A DNA stretch of 64,000 nt from Octopus sinensis (GCF_006345805.1 NW_021832381.1:102255-166254), one strand, 5' to 3'. Positions 10,988-25,915 are shown, numbered from the stretch's first letter. Notes: generated from the sequence alone by a model not told the origin. Program-made: numbers and translations.

Positions 10988-11615
10988 CTTAACTTTATCA
11001 TGATAACTAACCACTATTTAATTTTAGATGTAATAAAAATTGTTAATTGAATTCAGTTGATTTAAAATTGTTACGAATTTCAGATTACTATTAAAAAATT
11101 ACAAAAAATTAAAAAAAAATGCCACCAGGATTAATAAACATGAAAAATTTCAAGACAACTTTAAAAAAGACAAAACACTCTTTTAGTAAAAAAAGGAAAT
11201 CGATAAAATAATAATTTTTAATTTTAAAATTTGCAGTCTTTATCTTTTCATTATCCTGAATAAATATTTTCTTTCTTAAAGAACGTAACGAATTAAGTTG
11301 TTGTACCGTGATAATTTCTAAACCCCGGTTTGTCGCTTATTATTATATGTCACAGGCTGGATAATGCCCTGGGTTGGATAATACCCCCTTAAAAATTTTA
11401 TTAAAATCAAACGAAAATAACCTGATGATTAATTAAAAATAATTTGATAATGAAATTAAGTCGATTTATTCAATTTTTTTATCAAATTTTTGATTGAATT
11501 AATTTTTCCAAGAGTCGGCAAAAACCGTCATCACTAATTTTTCCGAATCAATAACGTTTTTTATTATAATTATACAATTTTTTAGGTCTACCATTTAAAA
11601 ACAAATATTAAAAAT

Positions 11616-12146
11616 TCATGAATTTTTATTATATAAAAAATTATTTAGATTTGCATTAATATCATGTCTCAGTAGAACATTATCTCCTACGGCTAAATCT
11701 TCATTAAATTTCCATTTCTGCCTCCTTTTCATTTTTTCTCCGGCGAAAACATGGCTTTCATACACACTTTGTTGATTCAAACAATCGTCCTCGTTTTCGA
11801 AATAATCAGATCCAATTATCTCCGATTGACTTGATTCAACCGCTTCATTTCCATCGAATGACAATAACGCCGATCTTATTTCCTCCGGGATTAAATGATT
11901 TCCTCGCATAAAAATTTTGAAAGGTGTCCTCTTGGTCGTTTCATGCTTCGCCATGTTATATTTATAAACGATTTCTTGATAGAAGTCTTTATAGCTTCCA
12001 AAAGACCCATTTGAGGCACTAGTTGAGCTAATCCACCTTTTGATCGATTGATTGAATCTAAAGATAAATTTACAAATAACTTGCCTTTCTACATGACCCT
12101 GAATCCATTTATCGCTATTAAGGCTAGCATACCTTCTTAAATCCAC
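11616..12146 (-). pseudogene. Retroviral-type (rve) integrase C-terminal fragment (Gypsy or Ginger-like)
   Basis: QGHVER and KYNMAKHETTKRTPFKIF match the integrase pattern QGxVER...YN...H.TT..TPF. No LTRs recognised. Confidence 0.65.
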
Positions 12147-12479
12147 TAAATCTGCAATCGGTCCATATAAAAAACATCTATTTGAATATTTTATATAATT
12201 TCCAACTCCCGTAGAACCATTTTATTCTTAAGATAAAGTTTTTTTTCTTTAATCAAATAAAATATTTTTTGTGCGACCGACAAAGATACTTTTAATTATC
12301 GAATTGGCCCTTGAGCTAAAAAAGGTTGCGAGTTTCCTGCTGTACAGAAATTAGCACTTCTTGTCCAAGTGGAACGACTGTATCGCCATATGTTTTGTCG
12401 GATGTTTAAATGAGCTCAGATAAAATTTTCATCCTTAAGACGTGTCATCACTTTTGCATTCCAGTCACATGCACGGAAA

Positions 12480-12970
12480 ATGAGTGGCGAAGCATGTTAT
12501 AGGCATGGCGTGATTGTAAGTCCACTATTATTTAACATTTATATGGCGGATATTCCAAAGCCAGAACACCAAATGGTAACCTTATTATTTATGCAGATGA
12601 TGTGCTCATAACGAACATGTCTTGGAGACTGGTGGATTCACAACGCAGGCTTCTCAAACTAGTTTCAAGATTCAAAATTTGGTGTAAAGGGAAGGGTCTT
12701 TCTCTGGGATCCGAAAAATGTACAATTACTCACAAATCGAGGAAAAGAAATGAGATACAGGCTAATAATATAATATCGGAGTTTGTTCGGACTCAGAGTC
12801 TTCGTTATCTTGGAATCTTACAATGGAAAAATGATCAATGGATGCATACTGGAGAAAAAAGGGCAACAAGAATCTTATCGACTTGAATAACGATACGCTT
12901 GTTTACATTTATAAGAATGTGTTCAAACCAGGAATTTTATATGGATGCAAAAGTTGGAAAATGGGAAGAA
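12480..12970 (+). pseudogene. Degraded LINE RT fragment (same group as element A)
   Basis: Broken-frame SPLLFNIYMADIPKPE...IIYADDVLI...LRYLG. Confidence 0.75.
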
Positions 12971-13339
12971 GCTAATTTATGATGACATCTCATCTCGTTC
13001 TATCAAGACCCTTGGAAAATATCATAGGCCATCCACCACGTGGTATCCTTTTGAATAACAAACTTCTTGATTCTCTTGTGCCACCGGTCTATACTTCAGA
13101 GCAATCACTCAATAGGTATCTCCGTGTCCAGCTTGCACGACTTCGGTCGAGAAATCATCCACTCATTTTTAAAACACACCGCTCTCTCACCCTTGAAGAC
13201 CTTTTTCCTGTCCTGGACTGCTTCACCTGTTACCACCTATTGGGATTCGGGATCTCTGTTTCTCACTACCTGATTGCAGCCGGCTTCTTACATGTTTGAG
13301 AAGCCGGGGTAAGTAACTATTGTGGCCTAACAAAACGTT

Positions 13340-14560
13340 TTTATGGACCTATCTACAAAAGATAACAAAAGAGAAACTACTAATAACGTAGACTATGTGG
13401 TCCATGGGCAGCTCGGAGTGCATGGATCTGTTACCCATTCTTCCAGTCTTGTGTCACATCCGGATTGCCTTGTTAATCTGTTATCGTTAGGGGCTATCAT
13501 CGATCAAGTAACGCAGATGGACATAACCAAGGACATAATTAAGTAACGCGAATGAAGTGGTTAATGTCTCTGGAGAAAGATTCAAAAGGATACCATGTTG
13601 TAGACGGCCTATGATCATCCGGGCTTTTAACAAAAAGTTCCTTACGTCAAAGTCTGTGGCGAACCTGAAGCGCCTGACTAAGATGTCGGGAAAAAGTTCA
13701 ACTTTCCAATGCAAAAGCTGAAATCTCTGATTTTAGAGAATTCTCAAATGAATTCTCTTTCCAGATTGAGGAAGTAAAGTGTATTCCTTGAAGTATGCAG
13801 ACGCCGACCAGAAAAGTCCCATAACAACTACTTGAAAAAAGATATTTTCTGGAATAAATGGAATGATTCTCAAATACATCATGACCACTCCTTTTTTCAA
13901 TTTGACTGATACCACCGACATTATCTATGCCGTACAGCTGACATACCAAGCTCTTAAAAAATACTCCTCTAAGAATAACAATTGGAAAGGAGACATGAAA
14001 GCAAACTTAAAGTGCAGTATTAACAGATTCATACGCTTATTGGCCAAAATGGAAATTCAAAGTTTGATGAGGCAACGAGGGATACCCAAGTGAATATGAA
14101 TTTCTAAAGTCAAAGAGAGTATAATCTGCTTGCATTGGAGACGAAATAAAGATTGTCAAAAAAACTACGACTCAGTGAAGCAAGAAGAGAATTTCGTAAG
14201 CAAAATTGGTCCTTTGAACTCACTCGGCGACGTTTTTACCGAACATCAAATGATGGAAAAACGTCTGCAGAGTTCGTGTTTAACGAAAGCGAATGTCTTT
14301 CCTATTGGAAGAAAATATGGAGTAAACACGAGAGGGATGGCAGTACAGTGTTGATTAGCAAGAAAGTCACTGCAACAGAAAACACATTCGCTTTCAAAAA
14401 CCACGGGGCCTCTATGTCTAATACAGAACCGCAACCTATTTTTTGACAATGCTGGAGAATTGTGCAGTCATTGTAACTCAGCCACAAAAACAGTTGATCA
14501 CTTAGCGACAAGGTGTGGTCAAATGCTAAATGCGTGTAACATAAATCGATAATGAATATT
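13340..14560 (+). mobile_element. Degraded, internally deleted R4/Dong-like (RLE) non-LTR element
   Basis: Homologous to 45262-46286 (AIIDQVT; IIRAFNKKFLTSKSV; RKQNWSFELTRRRFY...YWKKIWS), followed directly by the zinc knuckle CSHCNSATKTVDHLATRCG. The RT core is missing. Confidence 0.65.
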
Positions 14561-16162
14561 ATAAACAACTGCATACAAATAAAATTGGAGAATCTGCACA
14601 CGAAAACAAAATCTACAGTAAAAATATAACCAGGTTAGAAAGAAACCTTCTAATTGAAATAAGATAAAGGACTGACAGGATCACATAAATTTAATTTTAT
14701 TACAGGGATATTTTTATAATTTTTATAATAGTTAGCAGAATAATAATCACAAATTCTCTTTTTTATTGAACAGATAAATTTCTGCTTGACTTAGTTCAAC
14801 AGACATTTTTTTAAAATTGATTTAAAAATTTTGAATCAAAAAATTTTTAGCAGGGTTCTCACATCAAATGATCCAAATAGTGTTTTATCACTTGTCGACT
14901 CAGGCATCGGAGAAAACAAAAATGGCGGATTCGAGAGAGTTTACTGTAATGTGTTAAAAATAATTAGGTTTTATTTAAAAAATATTAAAAAATAAATAAT
15001 AAGTAATGAATTAAACATTCATTTGGGTTTTTTTTAACACATACAAAAATTAAGTAGAAATGCACTACACCATCCACGTCTCTATGAAGAGATGATAGGG
15101 AGTTTGCGGCTCTTTTTCACATTTATTGTGCAATGCCACCACGTCGTGGGTGAGACACGCGACATGTAGAGATTAAAAGAGACGCACTGACACCGGGATG
15201 ACTTAATTAGACGATTACTATTCCTCTTTCCTGTGTTCTAGGGGTTAAATAATAATAACATACAAAAATTATTTTAAACTCTGGGGCATAAGATGACCTG
15301 GCAGTTCCCTCGGACGATCGCCTACGAGACTCTTTGGAAAAAATAAATCTCGTTAGAATCTTTGTCCAGGCCGACGAAAAAAGAAAACGATTCCGGGCCG
15401 ATGATCCAGAATATGTCAACGACTATTGGTGCGAATAAATCTGATGGAGTTTAATTGATTTACGGCATGATATTTTTTAGGGTGTTTAATGACAGCGCCT
15501 CGTTGTCATCCTGTGCTCTTGATCGAAAAAAACAAAATATAAGGTAAAAATATTGGAAACAAACAATTGGATTCTAGTCGATAACGTGAAAAATACATAT
15601 CAATGATTAAAACCGTCGACGAGGCGGCAAAAATATTCAGGAAAAAAATTAATGAAGAAAATTGCAGTTATTGAGGGGTACATACTGGAAAATTTAATTA
15701 ATTCTATAATACAAACTACTCATTTTTCTGGACCTTATGAAGTTATTGTTATAAATAATGTTGTTTGGATTGATTTCTATCAACAAAGATGTTATTATTG
15801 TTATTTTTTTCATTTGAACAGCCAGGTTGTCTCAGCACTGGGTCTTCGTGGAGATCTATACCGATAACATTACTGGTTTCGAAAGTAAAAATGACTTCAG
15901 AAACAAGGCTTTAAATGTTTTAATTCAATTTTTTCAATCAACAATTAACTTTCAATCTAGTCAACAATTATAAATAACACGCTTTTGATGTTATACATGT
16001 CAACTCTAAATCAAGGCACTGACGTAAGTATTCAATCTGAATTAACCAACTATACTTGAATTCAACAATAGATATAATTGAGGGTGCGGTCTATACATTA
16101 AAAGCCAACAATTGTGGTTTGAAACACCTTTTCTATAAATAGAGATTCTTAAATCTCCAGAA

Positions 16163-17540
<1,378 letters not shown>

Positions 17541-17649
17541 CTCATCTGTTACTAAAAATCACTAACTTTTATTGAGCTTTGTTCAATAATCCCTTTATTA
17601 ATAAAAAAACTAATTAACTAATTAATTTTCTAACTAATTCCAGAGCTTT

Positions 17650-18372
17650 TGAAGTGAGCAAAAGATGGGACTCCACGCACCTTCTTTCTTCCTCCTTTTC
17701 TCTGGCAATCCCAATTCACCCTCTTCACTACTGATAGAAGATTCAAGAATAGACCGGAACTATTCATTGGAGACAATCCTATTCCCTCTTTGCGTACCCA
17801 GAAGATCCTTGGCGTGGTTTTCGACTCCTTAATGACGTTCTCAAGTCACGTGGAGGAGGCCCTAGCTAAAGGTCTTCAGAGGTGGAACGTCTTGAAAGCT
17901 CTGTTAAAGAAGAGTCCCTTCCTCCTGAAAGATTGTGTCAGCAAGGTCTACCAACAAGTGATTGCCCCGACGGTTGAGTATGCCTGCTCAGCCTGGAGGT
18001 TTGAAAGCGGAACGTTTGAACTTACTCAGAAGGAAGATTATATGCTCCACACTGACACCTCAGTTGGCAGCCTTGCTTCTGAGGAGGCGATGCAGAAAAA
18101 TGGACAGGGTTTCCTACGTTTCTGCAAGGAACTGGGAAACCCATTCAAGGAAAAGGTGGCCTATGCAGAGGAATTTCGGTCGGTTATAAAGAAATGCACT
18201 CCAATTGAGTTTCTCTGCAGAAGGAAGAGAAGGAGGAAGAGAAGGTTTCCGGGTTACGGTTGGGTCATCAAAAGATCATGTAAGGAGAGTAGGGCTGTTG
18301 TTGGAGGCAGGGATCACCTAATTAGTTAGTCCTGACCTATCTTTCTCGGTGATCTTGGAGTTAATAAATAAT
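17650..18372 (+). mobile_element. 5'-truncated LINE 3' end (copy 1)
   Basis: KILGVVFDSLMTFSSHV...KVYQQVIAPTVEYACSAW, then an AATAAATAATAA tail. Near-identical to 29637-30228. Confidence 0.8.
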
Positions 18373-18399
18373 AACCTTTGAGAAAGTGCAATCCAGCGC

Positions 18400-19190
18400 C
18401 TCACGCTGACTAAGTTTCAGAAAAGGACTGAATCGCCAAGCATCAAACAAGACACTCTCCAGACTCCCCTTAAGAACTGTTGACTGCATAGAGACTTATC
18501 TACACCCAGCTGTCTTAGTACCCCTTGTGGTATTCAATGAACAGTCAATCCCATGTCATCACACACTGAGTGACATGGACATTTCTACACCACCTGAAAA
18601 TGTATCTCTGTTCCTATACGCAGATGATATTACGATCACGTCATCAAACACGAATCCAACAACAGCATGTCGTAAGTTCAACCATTCATTGATACCCTGT
18701 ATAACTGGATCACTCTAAACGGGCTATCCATATCACCAACCAAATCATCAGCCACTCTTCTAACAAGTAATACAAGAGAACACAATTTCACTTCGACAAT
18801 AAGAATTACCAATATTCAAATTCCCCACACTAAAACAGTCAAAATACTCGGGATAACGTACGATATCTCTATCATTTCGCCAACACATTGAAAACCTGAC
18901 TCACAAATGCAAAATGAATGCCCTCCGCTCACTCACCGGAACAGACTTTGAACAAAACAAGCAATGCTTAATACTCATATAGAAACAATACATTCTTTCA
19001 ACATTGGACTACGCAGTCCATCATGGGCGCCTTTGCTGTCAAAAAGACTCGTTCAGAAGTTACAATCAATCCAAAACCAAGCACTCAAAATCATTACGGG
19101 TTCTATGAAGTCTACTCCGACAGAAAATCAACATGATCAAACTTGTAGACCATTTCGACATCTGTGGAACCCAATTCTTCGTCTCCGTGA
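18400..19190 (+). pseudogene. Degraded LINE RT fragment
   Basis: SLFLYADDITITSS, VKILGITYD, KLQSIQNQALKIITG in broken frames. Confidence 0.7.
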
Positions 19191-19196
19191 GTATAA

Positions 19197-19589
19197 TCAA
19201 TTTCCATTTACTGCAAGCATTCTGCTGATTTCATAGCTTGCAGTGACTAATGCAGTACATTGATTATGACTTTTTGTAAAATGAGTCTGTAACGCAGATA
19301 AATTTTTTAGCAATTCATTTAGCTTTGAAACACGCATTGGACCTTCTTGGTTAATAAGCAACTTAATACCTTCGAAAGAACTGTATGATAGATGATTAGA
19401 TTGATAATGCCTCTTTAGGTTGTATTCTTTCGGTATAGCGATAAAATTGTTACATATCAAACAATGTATTTTTCCATCAACCCTTGTGCAAAAATAGAGA
19501 AGTTCCCATTTATCTTGAAACACTCTCGGTTCATCTTTCAAGAACCGTTTCTTTTTTATTCCAGAAGAAGCACGTGATATTGAAAACAC
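19197..19589 (-). pseudogene. hAT (SPIN/Buster, GTF2IRD2-like) transposase N-terminal zinc-finger fragment
   Basis: RVFQDKWELLYF...CLICNNFIAIPKEYNLKRHY. Confidence 0.8.
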
Positions 19590-19646
19590 GATTTAAAAAT
19601 ACAATTAAAAATTTTAATTAAATGTAAAAAAATAAAAAATAATTTT

Positions 19647-19990
19647 TTGTATTTTATAACCATTAAATCAGACCGAACTTATTTTTACCAAATGAAGGAC
19701 TGGTCCCTTGTAATAAACCCGGACAAAACGGAAAGAACTACCATATCCCGCCTGGGGACGAGAAACGAGGAGAAGTGGAGAACATGCAAAAAAGTTGGAT
19801 CTCTCCTTGGGGACTCGGAGGACGTTATTCGAAGGAAAGTGCTGGCTGTTACATCCTTCAAAAAAATGTGGACGATCTGGATGAGGCGCAAGTACATAGG
19901 AACCCGCCTTCGAATTCGGCTGTACAACTCCTTTGTCGAACCAATCTTGCTTTACAACGCGGGGACCTGGGGCCTAACCGCTAAAGAATT
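19647..19990 (+). pseudogene. RTE-like LINE RT C-terminal fragment, fused to satellite
   Basis: LVINPDKTE...KVGSLLG...RIRLYNSFVEPILLYNAGTWGLT, then reads into satellite. Confidence 0.7.
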
Positions 19991-20598
19991 GCATAATATA
20001 TACCGCAATTCATTACATAATATCAAGTACTCCCATATCCGAACATTTAGAAACCTCCCCAAAATGCATAATATATACCGCAATTCATTACATAATCTTA
20101 AGTACTCCCATATCCTAACATCTATAGACCTTTCCAAATTTCATAATATATTAGGCTAATTCATTAAATAATCTCAAGTACTACCATATCCTGACATCTA
20201 GAGACCTGTCCAAATTGCATAATATATTACTGAATTCATTTCATAATCTCAAGTACACTATATCAAAATAGTTATAAACCTCCCCAAATTGCATAATATT
20301 TTAGGCAATTAATTAAATAATCTCTAGTACCCCGAAATCCTGACTTCTAGAGACCTGTCCAAATTGCATAATATATTACTCAATTAATTTCATAATCTCG
20401 AGTACACCATATCCAAAAATTTAAAAATTTTCCCAAATTGCATAGTATTTTAGGAAATTAATTAAATAATCTCTAGTACACCGATATCCTGACATCTAGG
20501 AACCTCCCAAAATTGCATAACATATTACTCAATTCATTTCATAATCTCAAGTACACCATATCAAAAAATTTATAAACCTCCCCAAATTGCATAATATA
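19985..20598 (+). repeat. Diverged block of the 74-bp satellite
   Basis: Repeated ...CCAAATTGCATAATATATT...CATAATCTCAAGTAC... Confidence 0.9.
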
Positions 20599-23500
20599 GG
20601 TAACCCGAACCTATTCAGGTAACCCGTGAGGACGGCTGGCGTACCGTGGGGAAACCCAAACGTGTCGCTTGTCGTCCAATTTCTAACAACTTAGGTTCTA
20701 GCAATTCGTCTTCGGAGATGGATCCGCCTCCGAAGAAGACCGCTCGCGCCGGGGGTAGAATTACTTTCGGCGTGGTAGCACGACTAGAGGTCTTTCCCAC
20801 TTGTGGAAAGGCCTCAGTCGTTAAAATCTTAGGGATTTTGGACTCGATACAGCCGTCTAAGCGGTATCGAGTCCTGAAGAGGGAGCCCACCCAATTCCTG
20901 CTTGGGTGGGAGAAGTCTGAGGACTTTTCCAGTTTCGAAAGGGAGCTGGAAAAGTCCATCCCGTTCGGGCCTGGCATGCATCGGCTTGTCAGGTTCGAAC
21001 GCAAGGTAGGGCAGGTAAGAGTCCTCCTCCTTGGGGTCCCCGGGACTTCGAGGATAACGACCTTTTAGAACACCTGCAGCTGGAGTACCCCAGTGCCTCT
21101 GCCATTGCACGCTTCAAGCAAGGTTACCGGCCTCTTGAAGTGGTGGAGGTCACGCTGGGATCTCCTGCTGAAGCCGAGCGCCTCATACTGCTGGGTACGA
21201 GGGTTGGCTACGTCAGGCTTCGTGCTGTCCGGACCCGCCCGAAAGCCACCCAATGCTTTCGGTGTCAGGGTTTCGGGCACATAAGCACAGGGTTTCAGGA
21301 CACGAGGTGTCCTGAGAAGGCGAAGTGCCTGAACCTGCGGTGGGGAGCATGGTCGCAAGGCATGCCCCTCGCCACCTACGAAGAGGTACTGTGTCAACTG
21401 TGGTAAGTTAGGACACAGTGCCAACTTCAAAGGTTGCCCCAAGTTCAAGGAGGCAACCCGAAAGGTAGGTGCGGGTGTAATCTCGAAGGTAAGTCGCGCG
21501 GCTAGCGTCGCAGCCCCTGGGGCACAACAACCTGGTGTAGCAAATATGCTACATTGCAACATGGCTGAGGCCAAGAAGATCCTTGGCAAGGAACCGATAT
21601 GATGCTCAACATTATATCGATGAACGCGCGCTCCTTGTCCGGTAAAGGAGACGCCGTTCAGAGGATGTTGGCCACCACGAGTGCGGACATTCTGGTGGTC
21701 AACGAAACGAAGGTAAAGGGGGGTCCGTACGTAGTTGATGGCTACAACTGTTGTCACATACCTTGGAAACAGGGGTCAATATGTGGCACGGGAACTAGCC
21801 TCTTCTACAAGCCGTACCTCGCCTTGCAAAGTTCAGGTATATGTTCTTGTAGCCTATGCGAATTCCTTCAAGTAAGGATTCGTATAGGTAACTTTACATT
21901 TTACCTAGAGGCGATGTATTCGAAAAACTTTACGGCGTGTTCCTGGCACGTACGGGAGTTCTTTGGAAAGCATCCGAAGGCGATGGTTGTTGGAGACCTG
22001 AATGCCAAGCACATAGAGCTTGGTTACAGGGTAACCAATGCGCATGGTTTGGCTCTGAAAACTCTGGTTGAAGACCTCGGGCTGGAAATCCGGACTTCAA
22101 GTGAGCCAAACCACATCGATTCGCGAGGCGGACGAGACTGGCTAGGGCTTGCTCTGGTCAGTCCTGGAATGCTAAATTGGGTTAGTAAAACAATTTTATT
22201 GCCCAATATTGGAAGCGACCATCTGCCTCTATTGCACGAACTCCGCGAACCAGTCCCTCAAAGGGTTCCGGGATACTTCAACCTCCGGTCGGGTTCTTGG
22301 GCCAACCTGGAGAGGTTCATGGCCAGCAGGTTGCCCTCACTTCTGGTGGGGAATACCTGTGCCAATATACGTGAGTTGGAGGCGTTAGATAATGGAATCA
22401 ATGCTGCCCTGACTGATTATATGCGAGATAATTTCAAACAGAACTCAGTGCAGGGTCAGTCACATTCCACGCTCCCATACCGGGTCTTAAATAAAATTAA
22501 GTTTAAGCGCCGGCTATCCAGACTACGGGACGAATGCGTTTACGAGGAAAACCGTGTTTGGTTTCGAGGCTGGATTAGCCGGCTTCAGAGGGAGATCAGA
22601 AGAGAAATCCGCGAACTCGAAAGTTCACGGTGGGAGCGAGCCTGCAGACGCGTAGACGCCCGCTTCCCGGACTTCTGGAAACAGTTGAAGAGCTTGTCGG
22701 GGAGAGGGGTAGCAAATTCAGTGCGCCTTAAACGCTCTGATGAAACCCTTGTTTCGGACCCGGTTGAGGTGGCTGAAATATTTTCGACCCACCTCGATAA
22801 CATCTCTGGAACTGAAGGAAGCCAGTTCGTGGAGACATCGTCCTTTGATACTGTCCAGCAGATGTTGTCGTGGGACAAGCGCTGCCAGCTGGGCATATCA
22901 AGGAACGATGCAAGCGACATTTCCGAAGCGGAGATTCTGGCAGCGATCTCCCGAAGTAAGAACACTGCGGCGGGTCTGGACCGGATCCCTATGGCTATCT
23001 TTAAGAAGGCCCTGCCGTTGTTGATCACGGCTTTACAGGTCTTGTTTAGCGGGAGCTTGCGACTTGGGATGATCCCCTCTAGATGGAAAGTGGCTGAGGT
23101 AATCCTTATCGGAAAACCCAGGATGCCTCATGATGTCCCTGGGGGATAAAGACTTATTTCCTTGCTTCCCGCTGTATCTAAAATTTTAGAAAGGATCATG
23201 CAACGAAGGCTCCTGGAGGAGCTGACGATGGTTGATGCCCTTCCTGAGTTCCAATGGGGCTTCAGGGAGGGTCGTTCGTGTGGAGACTGCTTATGGAAGG
23301 TGTCTTCTGAGATGAAGTGCGCCCTCCAGAAGAAGGAATGTGGTATGCTAGTTAGTCTTGACATTGAAAAGGCCTTCGACTCGGTGTGGCACGACGGCCT
23401 CTGGAACTCCCTCACCACGTGTGGGGTTTCTCCGTGTCTAAGACGCTGGCTATCGGGGTTCCTTGAATCTCGCGGACAGGTCGTGCGGCATCAGGGGGTC

Positions 23501-24340
23501 TTTTCTAAAGTCAGAACAGTCCTTCGCGGGGTCCCTCAGGGCTCTGTGCTGAGTCCCACGCTTTTTAATGTCTTTATGGCATCTGCGCCCATGCCAGTCA
23601 ATGCTCGTACTGAAATGGTAATTTATGCAGACGACATCATCCTCTGGGATCACTCGATGAAACCTGAGTGTGCGTGTCGTAGGCTACAGGTTGCTGTGGA
23701 TGGACTTGTAAACTGGTGTGGGAGTAGGGGTCTAAAGATGCGTGCGGATAAGTGCAGTGTTCTTAAAGTCTGTAAAAGGACGAGGGGTTAGACTAATTAC
23801 GCCCCTAGGTTATTGCTGAACGGGTCAGCAATTGCTGCAGTTGATCGGATGACTTATTTGGGCGTGCTCTTTAAGCCGTCCGGTAAGTTTGATGATCACA
23901 TTGCACGTACGAAAATGCGTGCAATGCAGCGATTAGGCGCGTTGCGTGCTTTCCGGCTGCGGAGAGGTGCTTGGCTACGTGTGTTTAACGCCATGGTGTT
24001 ACCCGTGTTTACCTATGGCGTACATGCCTGGCACCTCTGTGAGGACCGAGAGAAGTACGTTGACGCGCTCAAGAAAGTTAGAAGACGAGCCATCCGGCTA
24101 GCCCATGGCTTAGGATGGCGAGTGGAGCTCACGGACACCCAGGAATTGTCCCTCAAAGGCCTCCCTAAAATCTTAGAAAAGATAATGTCTGGGTGGCAGG
24201 TAAGACGGTAAGTCTTAGTTTGCGGCTGAGAGGAGAGCGTGTGTGCGGGACTGAAAAGGCAGAAATGCTGAAGGTCTTAATTATACCCTCTACTAACAGC
24301 CTTTTATTTTAAAATAAAATTTTCGTTTCGTTTTTTTTCG
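20599..24340 (+). mobile_element. Near-full-length compact LINE (ORF1 + APE-RT ORF2), inactivated
   Basis: ORF1 20646-21602 is frameshifted (CFRCQGFGH, CVNCGKLGH). ORF2 from 21599 (ISMNARSL, GDLNAKH, GSDHLP, KAFDSVWH, PQGSVLSP, YADD) has stops at 23147-23149 and 23789-23791. AATAAA plus TTTCG-type tail. Confidence 0.92.
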
Positions 24341-24599
24341 TTTTTTCTCTGTGCCACATTCTTATCGGTGACTTTATGAATGATGTGTAATGGCGCATCA
24401 ATCTTGGATTCCCAGAACCTGTCCAATACTCTAGAGCCAATGGAACTTATAATTGATATTTCGGTGTAAATTCGGAATTATCAATAACAGAAACATAAAA
24501 GAGTAGCAAAACAAACCAAAAATGCTTTTTAGAAACTCAAGAAAACTACAATTTACATATACCGTTTTGTTTTGGTGTGATTTTATCCGGTCCGAACAA

Positions 24600-24850
24600 T
24601 TGTTTTTCTTCACAACTATCTTTTTCTATCTATTATTCGTCCCGATCTTATTTTTTCGCATGGCTGTCTCTTATCATATGAAGTCCAGTGGACTGCCGAG
24701 CTCATGGCCGAATGCAGATTTGATGGCAAATTGTCTAGTTTTTCGACTTTGGCGATTAGACGGCCACTTTTTTCCGTTTGATACCAGCCTTTCGATTCAT
24801 ACATTAGTAAAGGCTGCATCACTCTACTAAACATTTCTGTTGCAGATGAG
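24600..24850 (-). pseudogene. Degraded LINE 3' fragment
   Basis: VMQPLLMYESKGWYQTEKSGRLIAKVEK resembles the C-terminus of elements A and 32027-34700 (VQPVLTYGYEGWY...LEKTRR). Confidence 0.6.
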
Positions 24851-25319
24851 GCTGGCGGGCAGCACCTATACAGAACGAGAGCCGCGTGTTTGACAGCCCT
24901 GACCTAGTAGTTTCCTACATGTAGAAAAAAACATTCTGAAATCATAACAGATTCTGTTTTAAGACAATTTATAATAGAATTGACGGAGGAAGAGCCAATT
25001 TAATATATATATCGCAAACAAACAAAAAATTGATGCCATTCTTTGTCTTAATGAATTTTTAGATTACAAAAAATAGGTCATTTCTCAAATGTTGATGTGT
25101 TTTTCTGTTTAATCTTTTGGTTATCAAATAAAAGAATTAGTATGAAAAATCGAAAAAATCATTTATGTAATTAATTTTACGTATTGTTTTCGTCATATTA
25201 CGAAACGTCTAAAATAAAATTACCTCGAATTCTTACAAGACGTAACATCTTGAGGAATAACTCCAATTTCATGTTCATACAAATTACGAAATTCATGACT
25301 TTGCTCTATATATTAATAA

Positions 25320-25915
25320 ATATGTAAATAAACTAACTATTCAATCTTTGATAAAGAATTTCATCAAAAATTTTTGTTACTTTCTCCAACATTTGAGTAA
25401 TTAAATTTTTACACAACTTTCGAACGTCGTCGACAGAAAAACAGGGATCCTTTTTAATAAAGTCCTTCCTAAAAATACAATTATCCTAGATTTCTAAAAA
25501 AATAATTAAAAATTCAATTAATTAAAATTTGTACCAGCATGGGCATTGACAATGTGGTGTGAGAATATCCATATGGCAAATACACGTACAAGTATGATTT
25601 AAATTTCTTATTTGCTCACAAGAAGCTCGTCTCGCGATTACTTGCTTCATTGCAACATCTGTAAACAATTCAATTGATCCTTTAAATTTGTAAAAAAAGC
25701 TTTTCCTGTACCTGGTATTATTGATAAGACAGAGATAAATTCATCCTGACTTTCTCTAGATATTAATTTGCTTTCCGAAAAATGGCAAAAACGCTTGTTC
25801 AATTTTTTAAATTTATCATTTATTTTTTGAGATCCAATTTCTTCTAAATAAATTATGTATGATTAACAATATTAGAACCAGAACATCTCCTCTTGAATGC
25901 AGCACACTGCATGTA
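25320..25915 (-). CDS. Possible unidentified spliced host gene or remnant
   Basis: Open segments (EEIGSQKINDKF...VLSIIP / SIELFTDVAMKQ...HCQCPCW / SVDDVRKLCKNLITQMLEK) separated by AT-rich GT..AG stretches. No family recognised; start and end undefined. Confidence 0.3.

Noticed and set aside
15080-15460. GC-richer segment with a YCAMPPRR motif and a GTGAG...TAG 20-mer (possible recombinase or gene remnant)
   Set aside because: Every frame has stops with or without the putative intron, and no second diagnostic motif was found.
21065-21757. 230-aa and other antisense ORFs over LINE coding regions
   Set aside because: Shadow frames opposite GC-richer retroelement ORFs, with no recognisable motifs.
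23147-23791. In-frame stops in LINE ORF2 as programmed readthrough or an alternative code
   Set aside because: ORF1 of the same element is frameshifted, related ORF2s are open at these regions, and host genes use TAG/TAA as normal stops.
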